Shown here: in pieces, positions 19,808 to 27,797 of the stretch
Position numbering within the stretch: position 1 is the first letter of the stretch
Layout: every line of letters begins with the position of its first letter
Assembly (NCBI GenBank): GCA_965261335.1
Contig: OZ253450.1
Span: 2,519,492 to 2,583,491, forward strand
Length of the DNA stretch: 64,000 nucleotides
Source of the DNA: Candidatus Spongiihabitans sp.
Lineage (GTDB): Bacteria > Pseudomonadota > Gammaproteobacteria > Arenicellales > Poriferihabitantaceae
Direction: 5' to 3'
Notes under the pieces: model-generated
Database searches by the model: none
What the model saw: the letters and a program-made list of their open reading frames with translations, nothing else
Told to the model about the DNA's origin: nothing
Position numbers and translations under genes: made by a program

Positions 19808-20473
19808 ATGATTCTATCAGACAAGGACATTCGCGATGCTGTGGCGACTGAGCATGGTGGTATCTGCATTGAGCCTTTTTCCGAGCAATTGGTACAACCT
19901 GCCTCTTATGATTTGCGTGTAGGGAACCAAGCCGCCACCACTTCAAACAAGAAGGTGACGGATTTAGTAAAGGAGGGGTTCGTCGAAATCAAGCCTGGCG
20001 ATTTCGTTATTGTTATTACTTACGAGAGACTTACCTTGAGTGCGCGACATGTTGGTCGCTTCGGGTTGACCAGTACCTATGCACGAAAAGGGTTAATCGC
20101 CACGGTTGGACCACAAATTGACCCGGGTTTTCGTGGGCGGCTGACGGTGGGACTGACCAACCTTTCAACAAAACCTATTGCCTTGCCATACAAGGATGTT
20201 TTTCTGACTGTTGAGCTTCACAGCCTTGAGCAGGCGGTAGATACTCCGTATGCCGGTCCTTATCAGGAGCGAGACGAGTTGTCACCAGAAGACATTCGCA
20301 TCGTGATGGAACGTGAGTACATGTCTCAGACAGAGATGATGCGTACACTGGAGACATTAGTAGCGTCGGTGGATAGCTTGAAACAGAGTATCAGTTGGCG
20401 ACTTCCATTGACTTTAGGATCCATAGTTGCCATTGGCATAGCAGTTGGCTCTTTATTGGTCAAATTTTCGTAG
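19808..20473 (+). CDS. dCTP deaminase/dUTPase-fold protein with a C-terminal coiled-coil and transmembrane helix
   Basis: MILSDKDIRDAV...VQPASYDLRVG...IDPGFRGRLTVGLTN aligns with Dcd, but the catalytic Glu position (E. coli VLEF) reads TVGL. The tail LPLTLGSIVAIGIAVGSLLVKFS is hydrophobic. Confidence 0.7.
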   Translation: MILSDKDIRDAVATEHGGICIEPFSEQLVQPASYDLRVGNQAATTSNKKVTDLVKEGFVEIKPGDFVIVITYERLTLSARHVGRFGLTSTYARKGLIATVGPQIDPGFRGRLTVGLTNLSTKPIALPYKDVFLTVELHSLEQAVDTPYAGPYQERDELSPEDIRIVMEREYMSQTEMMRTLETLVASVDSLKQSISWRLPLTLGSIVAIGIAVGSLLVKFS

Positions 20474-20623
20474 GCTTCCGACACAACCTCCACAACGGCA
20501 ACTTCGGTATCCGTTTTTGTTTTCCCACGCAAGCTGGACTTCAACCTTGCCGTTTGGCAGTCGTTTTTCGATGCTATCAATCACACCACCACAAAACGGA
20601 CACTAAGGAATAGAAACCGTCCG

Positions 20624-21625
20624 CTATATGTCGAGACCGTTGTCTGTATCCGGTCCACGCTTCCACTCCTCTTTACCCGGTTCTTTGTAGGTGCAGTCGC
20701 CGTTGGAATGGGCGTAATATCTGGCAGATTTGAGTGTTTTTTCTGTCGCTAGAACCGTTCCTTGAAGGGAAATTGTTGCCCGCACAGAAAGGTGGTTGGC
20801 AAACGGACGCAAATCGCCCGCATCGGCTTTTTCAAGTGTAGCAATGTACAGGGGTTTTTCATCCGCCTTAATCACCGGCGGAAACTCCCCGCGCCGGATG
20901 TAGGCATACGCCATCAGCAAACGCGCAGTGCGTCCATTGCCGTCCTGAAACGGGTGAATTTGGATGTAGCGATGATGTAACCACGCGGCTACGACTTCGG
21001 TGGCATAGTTTTTCTCATGTATTTTGCCGTACATATCAAGCAATCTATCGAGTTCAGAACGCACCTGTTCCGGTGGGCAATACTGATGAACAATGCCATC
21101 CGGTCGGCGCGGGTTGTTGGGACGTAACTTGTATTCGCCTTTAAGCAGGGGGATGCCGACACGCTTTCCTTCCAGCGTTCTACCTGCGGCAGTGGCTTGA
21201 TGGCGGGTAAGCAGTTGATGCCATTCCTTGAATGCCGTATGCGATAACGGTCGACGTTGCGCAACCGTATCAAACACCATTTCCAATGCGGTTTTCTGAT
21301 CTTGTAGCAACCCTGTCAAGCTGCCGTCTTCAACCTCGGGTGCTGCCATGTTATGCGATAGCCGAACACTTTCCAGCCCCTCGGTGATGAGCTGCTCGGT
21401 GATGCCTCGGGGAATCACATACAGCCCCTCAACCTGTCCAGTCTCAATAGCAAACCGTCTTTGACGCTCTTCCGACCAGATGTCAATAATATTCTTATCC
21501 AACTTCGTGCTTTCAAGCTGCGGTCGCAGTTCCTTCCATTCGGACAAAATTCTTTGATATGTCGGGTCTTGCCATTTATCCGCACCTGCCGGCATATCTT
21601 CGATAGGTGACCATTGTTCTCTCAT
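20624..21625 (-). CDS. Fic-domain protein with an internal inhibitory helix (class II-like)
   Basis: Fic motif HPFQDGNGRTAR. N-terminal TGQVEG fits the (S/T)xxxE(G/N) inhibition motif. Confidence 0.85.
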   Translation of the reverse strand: MREQWSPIEDMPAGADKWQDPTYQRILSEWKELRPQLESTKLDKNIIDIWSEERQRRFAIETGQVEGLYVIPRGITEQLITEGLESVRLSHNMAAPEVEDGSLTGLLQDQKTALEMVFDTVAQRRPLSHTAFKEWHQLLTRHQATAAGRTLEGKRVGIPLLKGEYKLRPNNPRRPDGIVHQYCPPEQVRSELDRLLDMYGKIHEKNYATEVVAAWLHHRYIQIHPFQDGNGRTARLLMAYAYIRRGEFPPVIKADEKPLYIATLEKADAGDLRPFANHLSVRATISLQGTVLATEKTLKSARYYAHSNGDCTYKEPGKEEWKRGPDTDNGLDI

Positions 21626-21687
21626 TGGTTGATCCTCTGAATTAAATTAGAATTAAGATTGATAACAAGGATATTACGCTATTTTGT

Positions 21688-21751
21688 GATGTTTTGGCAA
21701 AAACCACGTCCTTATTTGTCGTATTTCGGACGATCTCATGTCAACCCCTTG
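21688..21751. repeat. 64-bp direct repeat, copy 1 (downstream of ficT)
   Basis: Matches 22776-22839 with 3 mismatches. Contains two small hairpins (GTTTTG/CAAAAAC; CGTCC..GGACG). Confidence 0.9.
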
Positions 21752-21754
21752 GTG

Positions 21755-22456
21755 CTAATCGAAATCAAATTCAAGCGATTTTTCAACGACTTTGACTTTA
21801 TCCTGGCGATTGTAGGGTTTTTGAGTATTGGCAAAATCGTTTCGTTCAAGTATGTCATTATGTACTACGCCAGTTGGAGATTTTCCTATGCTATTCTGGA
21901 CAATAGAGTTGAGTACCTCTACCATTAGTTTATCATTGCCATAATGACCTTGAATTGATGCCCCAAGCCAAGCATCTCGACCAACATCATTATAGTTTAT
22001 TTGGTATCCGTGCTGGTTTGCGACAGCAACCATGAATGCACGAAGTGTCCGGCCGTTGCCCTCTCTAAATGGGTGAATAGCATTTAGTTCATTTATAAAA
22101 TGGGCGGATTGATGGACAAAATCTTTTTTGCCTAGACCCTTATTCCACATCCATTCCTGTATTTGATTAAGAATTTTGTTTAGATAGCGGTCGATATAAT
22201 TGTGCGAAGCAAACAAAGAGCCGCCTTTTGTAAGATTTACTTGTCTGGTTTCACCAGCCCATGAATAAACTTTTCCAAAAAGGTGTTTGTGTACTATCTT
22301 AAAGTGGTTAGCCGAAAAATCACCTGTTGGGATTCCAGCCGAATTTGCAAACAGAACGCAACGGCTTTCATATAGATGAAATTTGCGCGCATCGGTTATG
22401 CAAGGAATGTTTTTGAGGATGTTTGTGCCCGGGTAAACATACGGGTCTTTTGACAT
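21755..22456 (-). CDS. Fic toxin (class I, FicT/VbhT-like)
   Basis: HPFREGNGRTLR Fic motif. DPYVYPGTNILKN N-terminus is typical of short Fic toxins. No internal inhibitory motif was seen. Confidence 0.85.
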   Translation of the reverse strand: MSKDPYVYPGTNILKNIPCITDARKFHLYESRCVLFANSAGIPTGDFSANHFKIVHKHLFGKVYSWAGETRQVNLTKGGSLFASHNYIDRYLNKILNQIQEWMWNKGLGKKDFVHQSAHFINELNAIHPFREGNGRTLRAFMVAVANQHGYQINYNDVGRDAWLGASIQGHYGNDKLMVEVLNSIVQNSIGKSPTGVVHNDILERNDFANTQKPYNRQDKVKVVEKSLEFDFD

Positions 22457-22644
22457 TACCGCTCCAAGAGGGTTTCGCTTGTGTTTTGTTTGTTGGCTTC
22501 TATCATAGCTTGTTTTTCTGTCAGCAACCCATCCTTCACTTTTTGAGCCAGAGCAAGCTCTTTTCTTGTGTAAAACACATTTTCTATTGCGGCGGAACCG
22601 GCAATAGATATAATTTCATCACTAATTTTGTTCGTGATTGGCAT
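22456..22644 (-). CDS. VbhA/FicA-like antitoxin
   Basis: Start chosen at MPITNKISDE. SAAIEN fits the (S/T)xxxE(G/N) inhibitory motif. Its stop overlaps the ficT start. Confidence 0.7.
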   Translation of the reverse strand: MPITNKISDEIISIAGSAAIENVFYTRKELALAQKVKDGLLTEKQAMIEANKQNTSETLLER

Positions 22645-22775
22645 ATTATAGCTATCCCTTTGGCTGGTATTGGTTGTTACCGTGGGTGTCTGCTCCCCTA
22701 GATTCAATTCACGCACCCCGTGCGTGGCACGACTACAACTAATTTAATATCAATAGTCATTTCGCCATTATACCG

Positions 22776-22839
22776 GATGTTTTGTCAAAAACCACGTCCT
22801 TATTTGCCGTATTTCGGACGATCTCACGTCAACCCCTTG
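22776..22839. repeat. 64-bp direct repeat, copy 2 (upstream of ficA, downstream of pilU)
   Basis: See 21688-21751. Confidence 0.9.
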
Positions 22840-22854
22840 CTGGGTATTACCCGG

Positions 22855-23448
22855 TTATCCGAAAAATAACCACCATACTCCACCAATTGCCAGACCGGGA
22901 CCGAATGGGATCTGGGCCACACGGCGACGGTAAGCCGAATTAGATAGCGCAACACCAATAACCACAAGCGAAGCAATGAGGACAATAGTCGATAACGACT
23001 GCCAGCCAAACCAAGCACCCAGAGCCGCCAAGAGCTTCGCATCACCGCGACCCAGAGCGGCACGTCCGCGCACCAATTGGTAAGCGTAATTCAGCATTAC
23101 AAAAATTAAGTATCCGGACACCGCGCCGATCAGGGCACTTTGCAGATCAGAGAAAAGACCCCAATAACTACTCATTAGTCCAGCAAATAGAAGTGGAATT
23201 GTGAGTACATCAAGGAGCAAATGCGATTTAATATCGATGTAGCTTAGTGCCGCCAAAGCCCAAATAAAAATCGTTGCGAACAGGAATTGAACAGAAATGC
23301 CGTGCTGAAGCACAATAGCGAAAGTAACCATACTGGCGATGCTGATACAACCCGATAACAACCAATTATTAATCGACCATTTCAATGGCGTTCTTGTTTG
23401 CCGCATCCTGTTTCTTTTCCCGCAATTTCTGTTTAGCTTTTTCGCCAT
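22855..23448 (-). CDS. pilU: Short A24-family prepilin peptidase (PilU-like)
   Basis: Polytopic membrane protein with GRGDAKLLAALGAWFGW and an upstream Asp. The start is uncertain (ATG 23448 or 23406). Confidence 0.8.
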   Translation of the reverse strand: MAKKLNRNCGKRNRMRQTRTPLKWSINNWLLSGCISIASMVTFAIVLQHGISVQFLFATIFIWALAALSYIDIKSHLLLDVLTIPLLFAGLMSSYWGLFSDLQSALIGAVSGYLIFVMLNYAYQLVRGRAALGRGDAKLLAALGAWFGWQSLSTIVLIASLVVIGVALSNSAYRRRVAQIPFGPGLAIGGVWWLFFG

Positions 23449-23555
23449 CTTTCGCCATCGCTTTCTTCAGATTAGCCGATGCTTCTTTTAGTTTCGCTAA
23501 CTGTTCCCCACCGCGCCATTCAACACCCAGAATTGTCTATTCTGCAACCGGCGCG

Positions 23556-24545
23556 CTAAATGGGTGCTAATTTGTAGCCGCTTTCGGTACCAGAAATAAC
23601 TTCAACAACCGCGTTGACGCGACGTTGTCCGCCGGTCGAGGAGCGCGCAATATAAATAATGAGCCCGACGCTCTCACCAATGACTTCGCGCAGAATGTGC
23701 ATTGCACTTGGACATTGATGGTTTTCGGCAGATAACTGCTCTAATCGTTTGAGTGCGGCATCATATTTTTTCGTCCGTTGCGGCTCTGCATCAGAATGGA
23801 TGGTACAAATTCCGCCCGGGTGCCCCGTATTCCACGCCTTCAGTAAATCCCAAGCAACCGCACCACGCACCTCGCCCACTAAAATACGGTCCGGTCTTTG
23901 TCGCAAGGCAGACCTTAACAAATCCAATATGGTTGTCGTATCCGTAGATTGTTTGATGTTCCGATTGGATGCGCTGCATTGTATTTCTGGCGTATCTTCA
24001 AGCACAAAAATCCTTTCCGTCTCGTCTTGGGCAACAATTTCGGCGATAACCGCATTGGTCAGTGTCGTTTTGCCAGACCCAGTCGATCCAGCAATCAAGA
24101 TGTTTTCGTGTTCCGCGACCGCTCTTTCTATCCGCCGTTGTTCCCCGACCGACATGATACCCGATTCGGTATAATCAGCGAGGGTGAAAACTTTTGATGC
24201 TTTCTTACGAATCGCGATGGTGGGGGCTTTAACGATGGGTGGAATGTTCGCTTCAAATCGAGAGCCATCTCCGGGTAACTCACAACTGATGATTGGATTA
24301 TCCGCCCGACAGACGATGTTGTAGCAACTCGCAATCGCGTTTATCGCAACAATCGCAGCACCCGCATCCAGCATACCTACAACCGACATGGGTTGACCAA
24401 ATCGCTCAACCCAAATCCGACCATCTTCGTTGACCAAAATATCACTTACATCATCCGCTTTTAGTGCAACGTTAATCGAGTCGCCTAAACTACGATTGAT
24501 CTGATCAACCAATCGAGTACGCACAACCGCAGTAACATCATTCAT
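23556..24545 (-). CDS. trbB: VirB11/TrbB-type T4SS traffic ATPase
   Basis: Walker A GSTGSGKTT, Asp box, Walker B ILVGEVRG, His box GHPGG..TIH. Confidence 0.88.
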   Translation of the reverse strand: MNDVTAVVRTRLVDQINRSLGDSINVALKADDVSDILVNEDGRIWVERFGQPMSVVGMLDAGAAIVAINAIASCYNIVCRADNPIISCELPGDGSRFEANIPPIVKAPTIAIRKKASKVFTLADYTESGIMSVGEQRRIERAVAEHENILIAGSTGSGKTTLTNAVIAEIVAQDETERIFVLEDTPEIQCSASNRNIKQSTDTTTILDLLRSALRQRPDRILVGEVRGAVAWDLLKAWNTGHPGGICTIHSDAEPQRTKKYDAALKRLEQLSAENHQCPSAMHILREVIGESVGLIIYIARSSTGGQRRVNAVVEVISGTESGYKLAPI

Positions 24546-24560
24546 AGTAGAATAAAAAAT
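24542..24560. repeat. 19-bp perfect direct repeat TCATAGTAGAATAAAAAAT, copy 1 (covers the trbB start codon and leader)
   Basis: Identical to 25714-25732. Confidence 0.9.
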
Positions 24561-24605
24561 TCTATCGTGTTCGGTGCAAACTTCATTTGCAGTGTTTGTG
24601 TATTG

Positions 24606-25682
24606 TTATCTCTCATAATGATTTTCAATTATAGACTCTCCGATTCGGGTTGCAAAAAGAGGCGGGACAGCATTTCCAACCATTCGTGCAATAGCTGCAA
24701 TACTATTCCCAAAGAATTTATACGTTGTCGGAAATGTTTGCAGTGTCGCCCCCTCACGCAAAGAAATTGCTCTATTCTCTTCTGGATGAGCAAATCTGCC
24801 GTTCGAAATACTAAAAAATTTTGTGGTTATTGTTGGTGCTGGCTTATTCCAAGCCATTCGTCCATAAGTATCATTAAAAGAAAAATTTTTATCATTTTTT
24901 CTATAGGCATTAATTTGCAAATCGGTATCTGCCCACGCATGACGAGTACCCCCATTTTTCGGGGTTAATTTCAATCGTTTTATATTCGTATCACTCAATC
25001 CAGCAACAGTGTGCATGAAATCAGTGTCATCTGTATGTCCTGCGGCAACCTTTGCGAAGCCATTTTTTTCACCAATAAAATTTGCCACAGTTGGACAAGA
25101 ATTATTTGGAGCAGGAAATATTTTTTTATTGGTAACTCTGTTTGCAATTAAAGAAAATCTTTTCCTTGTTTCCGGGACACCATATTCGTTTAAGTTCACG
25201 ACTTGGTAATGAACCGAATATCCTTGTTTTTCCAATTCTTTTACGAATTTATCTAATCCACTTTCTTTACGTCTAGTCAGAATTCCCGGGACATTTTCTA
25301 CAACAACATACCCTGGACTGTAATATTTTACAAATCTATGAAACTCATGCAGTAAGTTTTTAGATTTTTGAGCCTTACTTTTATTTGTTCTAATAATCGT
25401 CCAATACTGACACGGACTACATCCGACAAATATTAAATCATCATCGTTTCTTTTTATATCAATGCTTTGGGACAAATCTGCTTCTTTTAATTTTTCTACA
25501 TCAGCAATAATATATTTAGAACCCTTTACATTGGCTTCATATGTTTTTTTACAACTAACATCAAAATCAATGCCAGCAATAACTTTTATTCCCGCTTGTT
25601 GCAAACCAAAACTCATTCCGCCACCAGAGCAGAAAAAGTCAACCGACTTTAATTTAGATATGTTTTTTATATTTTTTATCAT
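24606..25682 (-). CDS. DNA (cytosine-5) methyltransferase, no adjacent endonuclease recognised
   Basis: Motif I FCSGGGMSFG, IV GCSPCQ, VI ENVPG, VIII GVPETRKR, IX LQTFP, X GNAVPP. Confidence 0.9.
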   Translation of the reverse strand: MIKNIKNISKLKSVDFFCSGGGMSFGLQQAGIKVIAGIDFDVSCKKTYEANVKGSKYIIADVEKLKEADLSQSIDIKRNDDDLIFVGCSPCQYWTIIRTNKSKAQKSKNLLHEFHRFVKYYSPGYVVVENVPGILTRRKESGLDKFVKELEKQGYSVHYQVVNLNEYGVPETRKRFSLIANRVTNKKIFPAPNNSCPTVANFIGEKNGFAKVAAGHTDDTDFMHTVAGLSDTNIKRLKLTPKNGGTRHAWADTDLQINAYRKNDKNFSFNDTYGRMAWNKPAPTITTKFFSISNGRFAHPEENRAISLREGATLQTFPTTYKFFGNSIAAIARMVGNAVPPLFATRIGESIIENHYER

Positions 25683-25713
25683 AATTGCCCACTAAACACT
25701 TTTTGCAAGATAC

Positions 25714-25732
25714 TCATAGTAGAATAAAAAAT
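25714..25732. repeat. 19-bp perfect direct repeat, copy 2 (upstream of the methyltransferase gene)
   Basis: Identical to 24542-24560. Confidence 0.9.
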
Positions 25733-25761
25733 CCAATTTTTAATTTTGTTGAGGTATCGAA

Positions 25762-26241
25762 ATGAAAACACCTGCTTATGTGATTTGCGCCGCAAACCAA
25801 AACGATGTCCATATCTTGTCGCATAATCTTGGCGCGGCATGGGAAACGCCGAAAGGGAATTTTCGGGTACAGCTTCATTTTTATAACACACAACCATGCG
25901 CGTTACTTTATTTGCAAAAGCCCAACATGAATCGGCCTAGCGCAACATTAGAGCACCTGCTACAGCACGGTATCAATAATTATACAGAAACACACCGGGT
26001 TTTCAGTGCGAAAAAATTAAAGGATGGGGGAGCTTGGTTTCAAAATCATGGCGTAATAATCAAACCCGTAGATACCAGTCTGCTGGTTTTGCGCGTTCAG
26101 ACATTACCCCATCCAAACGGCGAATATGCGTTATATTTTGCACCCATGGCAAAAGCAGAAAGGATCAAAAACCACATGACGGAAGGTGCTGGCTTTTCTG
26201 ATGAATCCAGCGAACCGCTTGACCCAGACGACTTCATTTAG
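25762..26241 (+). CDS. Hypothetical protein with an acidic C-terminal tail PLDPDDFI
   Basis: ORF only. The tail is shared with the traK-position protein. Confidence 0.5.
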   Translation: MKTPAYVICAANQNDVHILSHNLGAAWETPKGNFRVQLHFYNTQPCALLYLQKPNMNRPSATLEHLLQHGINNYTETHRVFSAKKLKDGGAWFQNHGVIIKPVDTSLLVLRVQTLPHPNGEYALYFAPMAKAERIKNHMTEGAGFSDESSEPLDPDDFI

Positions 26242-26696
26242 AACCCGCCTAATAAGAACAAAAACAGGACTGATGCAGAAACGAAAGAAGTGAGGAATGT
26301 ACACCAAATCAACAACAAAGCGGTTACTGATAAGACGTACCCGCCATCCTGCCGGCTGAGATGTTCTGATTTTGCTAACAAAGCGTTCTGTGCCACGCTA
26401 CCATCATCGAGCAACTGCCTCATTCGCTTCTCCAACTTTGTGAGCTGACCGGTAGAAAAATGATTAAACTCTGCCAGCGCAGCCGCTTTATCTGCTTCTA
26501 ACTGGGTAGCGAACTCATCAATAATTAAACCGAAGCGACTTTCAAGTTGTTCAAGTCGTTGTTCATCGTCGATAATGATTGCTTGTGCAACAATCATCAG
26601 TGCGCCAAAAATTGGATCATTCGGATCTACATCAAGCCGATATTTGGAGAATATTTGCAGAACCAATTCATGGCGCTCAGAATCTTGCATGATCAT
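26238..26696 (-). CDS. TraM-position protein (C-terminal membrane anchor)
   Basis: Follows the ParA-like gene with an ATGA overlap. The size and position correspond to IncP traM. No sequence motif was recognised. Confidence 0.45.
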   Translation of the reverse strand: MIMQDSERHELVLQIFSKYRLDVDPNDPIFGALMIVAQAIIIDDEQRLEQLESRFGLIIDEFATQLEADKAAALAEFNHFSTGQLTKLEKRMRQLLDDGSVAQNALLAKSEHLSRQDGGYVLSVTALLLIWCTFLTSFVSASVLFLFLLGGF

Positions 26697-27487
26697 TACG
26701 CCCCTATAGCTTCATCAGCAACATCACAAAAAAGCTGTTTCAAGTTTTTAATCCGCATCTTGCTGACGATCCCTGTTTGTGCCGATTTAATCGCCGCATC
26801 AAACATTTCATTTCTTTTTAATAACTCAATCATGTCTTGCCGGTGCAAAGCGTCTTTTTGTTCTGGCAGTACAACAATCCGTGAAATACGCGATGATGTT
26901 TCGTCATAAATTTTCATACATTGAAAGGTTTTTCCATTGCGCTCAATTTCACCCTCAACTTCATTTAACCAGACCACAATTTTTGCATGAGTCGATGAAT
27001 GGTAAGTACAGAGCTTCTTTAGCCCGTTTAAGCATTCCAGTAGCGAACTTCCTCCGCGGATGACGCAATGTATGATGATTTCTGCGTTCGCACTTTCTTT
27101 GAGTAACTCAAATATTCCATTTCTAACCAAATAATTGTTAAACGGTAAAAAACTGGTCGCGCCTAAATCCATAATAATGTCGTGCTTGGTTTGATAAATC
27201 GTTTCTACCAGGCGATCAAATTTTGCCGGGTCAATATCCGCATTTGTTTGCAATATTTTCCACGGCTGGGCGTTCAAGCCAGCGATCGCGGCGAGCGACC
27301 GGTTGACTGGGTCAAGGTCAAAAGCCTCATATTTTTTCCCCGTGCGTAAATAACTTTGGCAGAGCAAGGATGCAATAAACGTTTTTCCAGCACCACCTTT
27401 GCCTTGTGCGACCACATGGATTTTTGGACGCACGGCTTGCTTGGATGTTTCGCTTTGTTCGGGTTTTATTTCTGCTTTTTTGGACAT
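26696..27487 (-). CDS. ParA/MinD-family ATPase in the TraL position
   Basis: Deviant Walker A GKGGAGKT. Placed between small leftward genes next to the oriT spacer, as in the IncP leader operon. Confidence 0.75.
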   Translation of the reverse strand: MSKKAEIKPEQSETSKQAVRPKIHVVAQGKGGAGKTFIASLLCQSYLRTGKKYEAFDLDPVNRSLAAIAGLNAQPWKILQTNADIDPAKFDRLVETIYQTKHDIIMDLGATSFLPFNNYLVRNGIFELLKESANAEIIIHCVIRGGSSLLECLNGLKKLCTYHSSTHAKIVVWLNEVEGEIERNGKTFQCMKIYDETSSRISRIVVLPEQKDALHRQDMIELLKRNEMFDAAIKSAQTGIVSKMRIKNLKQLFCDVADEAIGA

Positions 27488-27509
27488 CAGGTTTTCTCCA
27501 TTGTGGTTA

Positions 27510-27797
27510 TTAAATTAAATCATCTGGGTCAAGCAAATCGCCTTCACCAAATGGAACACTCGATTGCTTGGTTGGTTGCGGAGTCAGATTTTTCAGCAGA
27601 ATTTTACCGAAATAAGCGTAGCTGCAATCAATCACTTTTTCCGACACAAGCAAGTCATAGATTTTCTTTTTGGTGTATCCCAGAGCCAGCGCCTTTTCAA
27701 TCTCATGCAGATTGAGCAGGATAACGACTTTCTGTGACGGATGTGCATCTCTCTCCAAAAGTTCAGATATATCGACAATGTGCGTATTGCGGGACAT
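27510..27797 (-). CDS. TraK-position small protein, tail LLDPDDLI
   Basis: First leftward gene from the oriT-like spacer, 95 aa. Confidence 0.45.
   Translation of the reverse strand: MSRNTHIVDISELLERDAHPSQKVVILLNLHEIEKALALGYTKKKIYDLLVSEKVIDCSYAYFGKILLKNLTPQPTKQSSVPFGEGDLLDPDDLI

Noticed and set aside
23369-23555. Small Lys/Glu-rich ORF between trbB and pilU
   Set aside because: On careful reframing, the attractive reading (GEQLAKLKEASANLKK...) has no start codon until late (29 codons) and overlaps the alternative pilU start. The evidence is insufficient.
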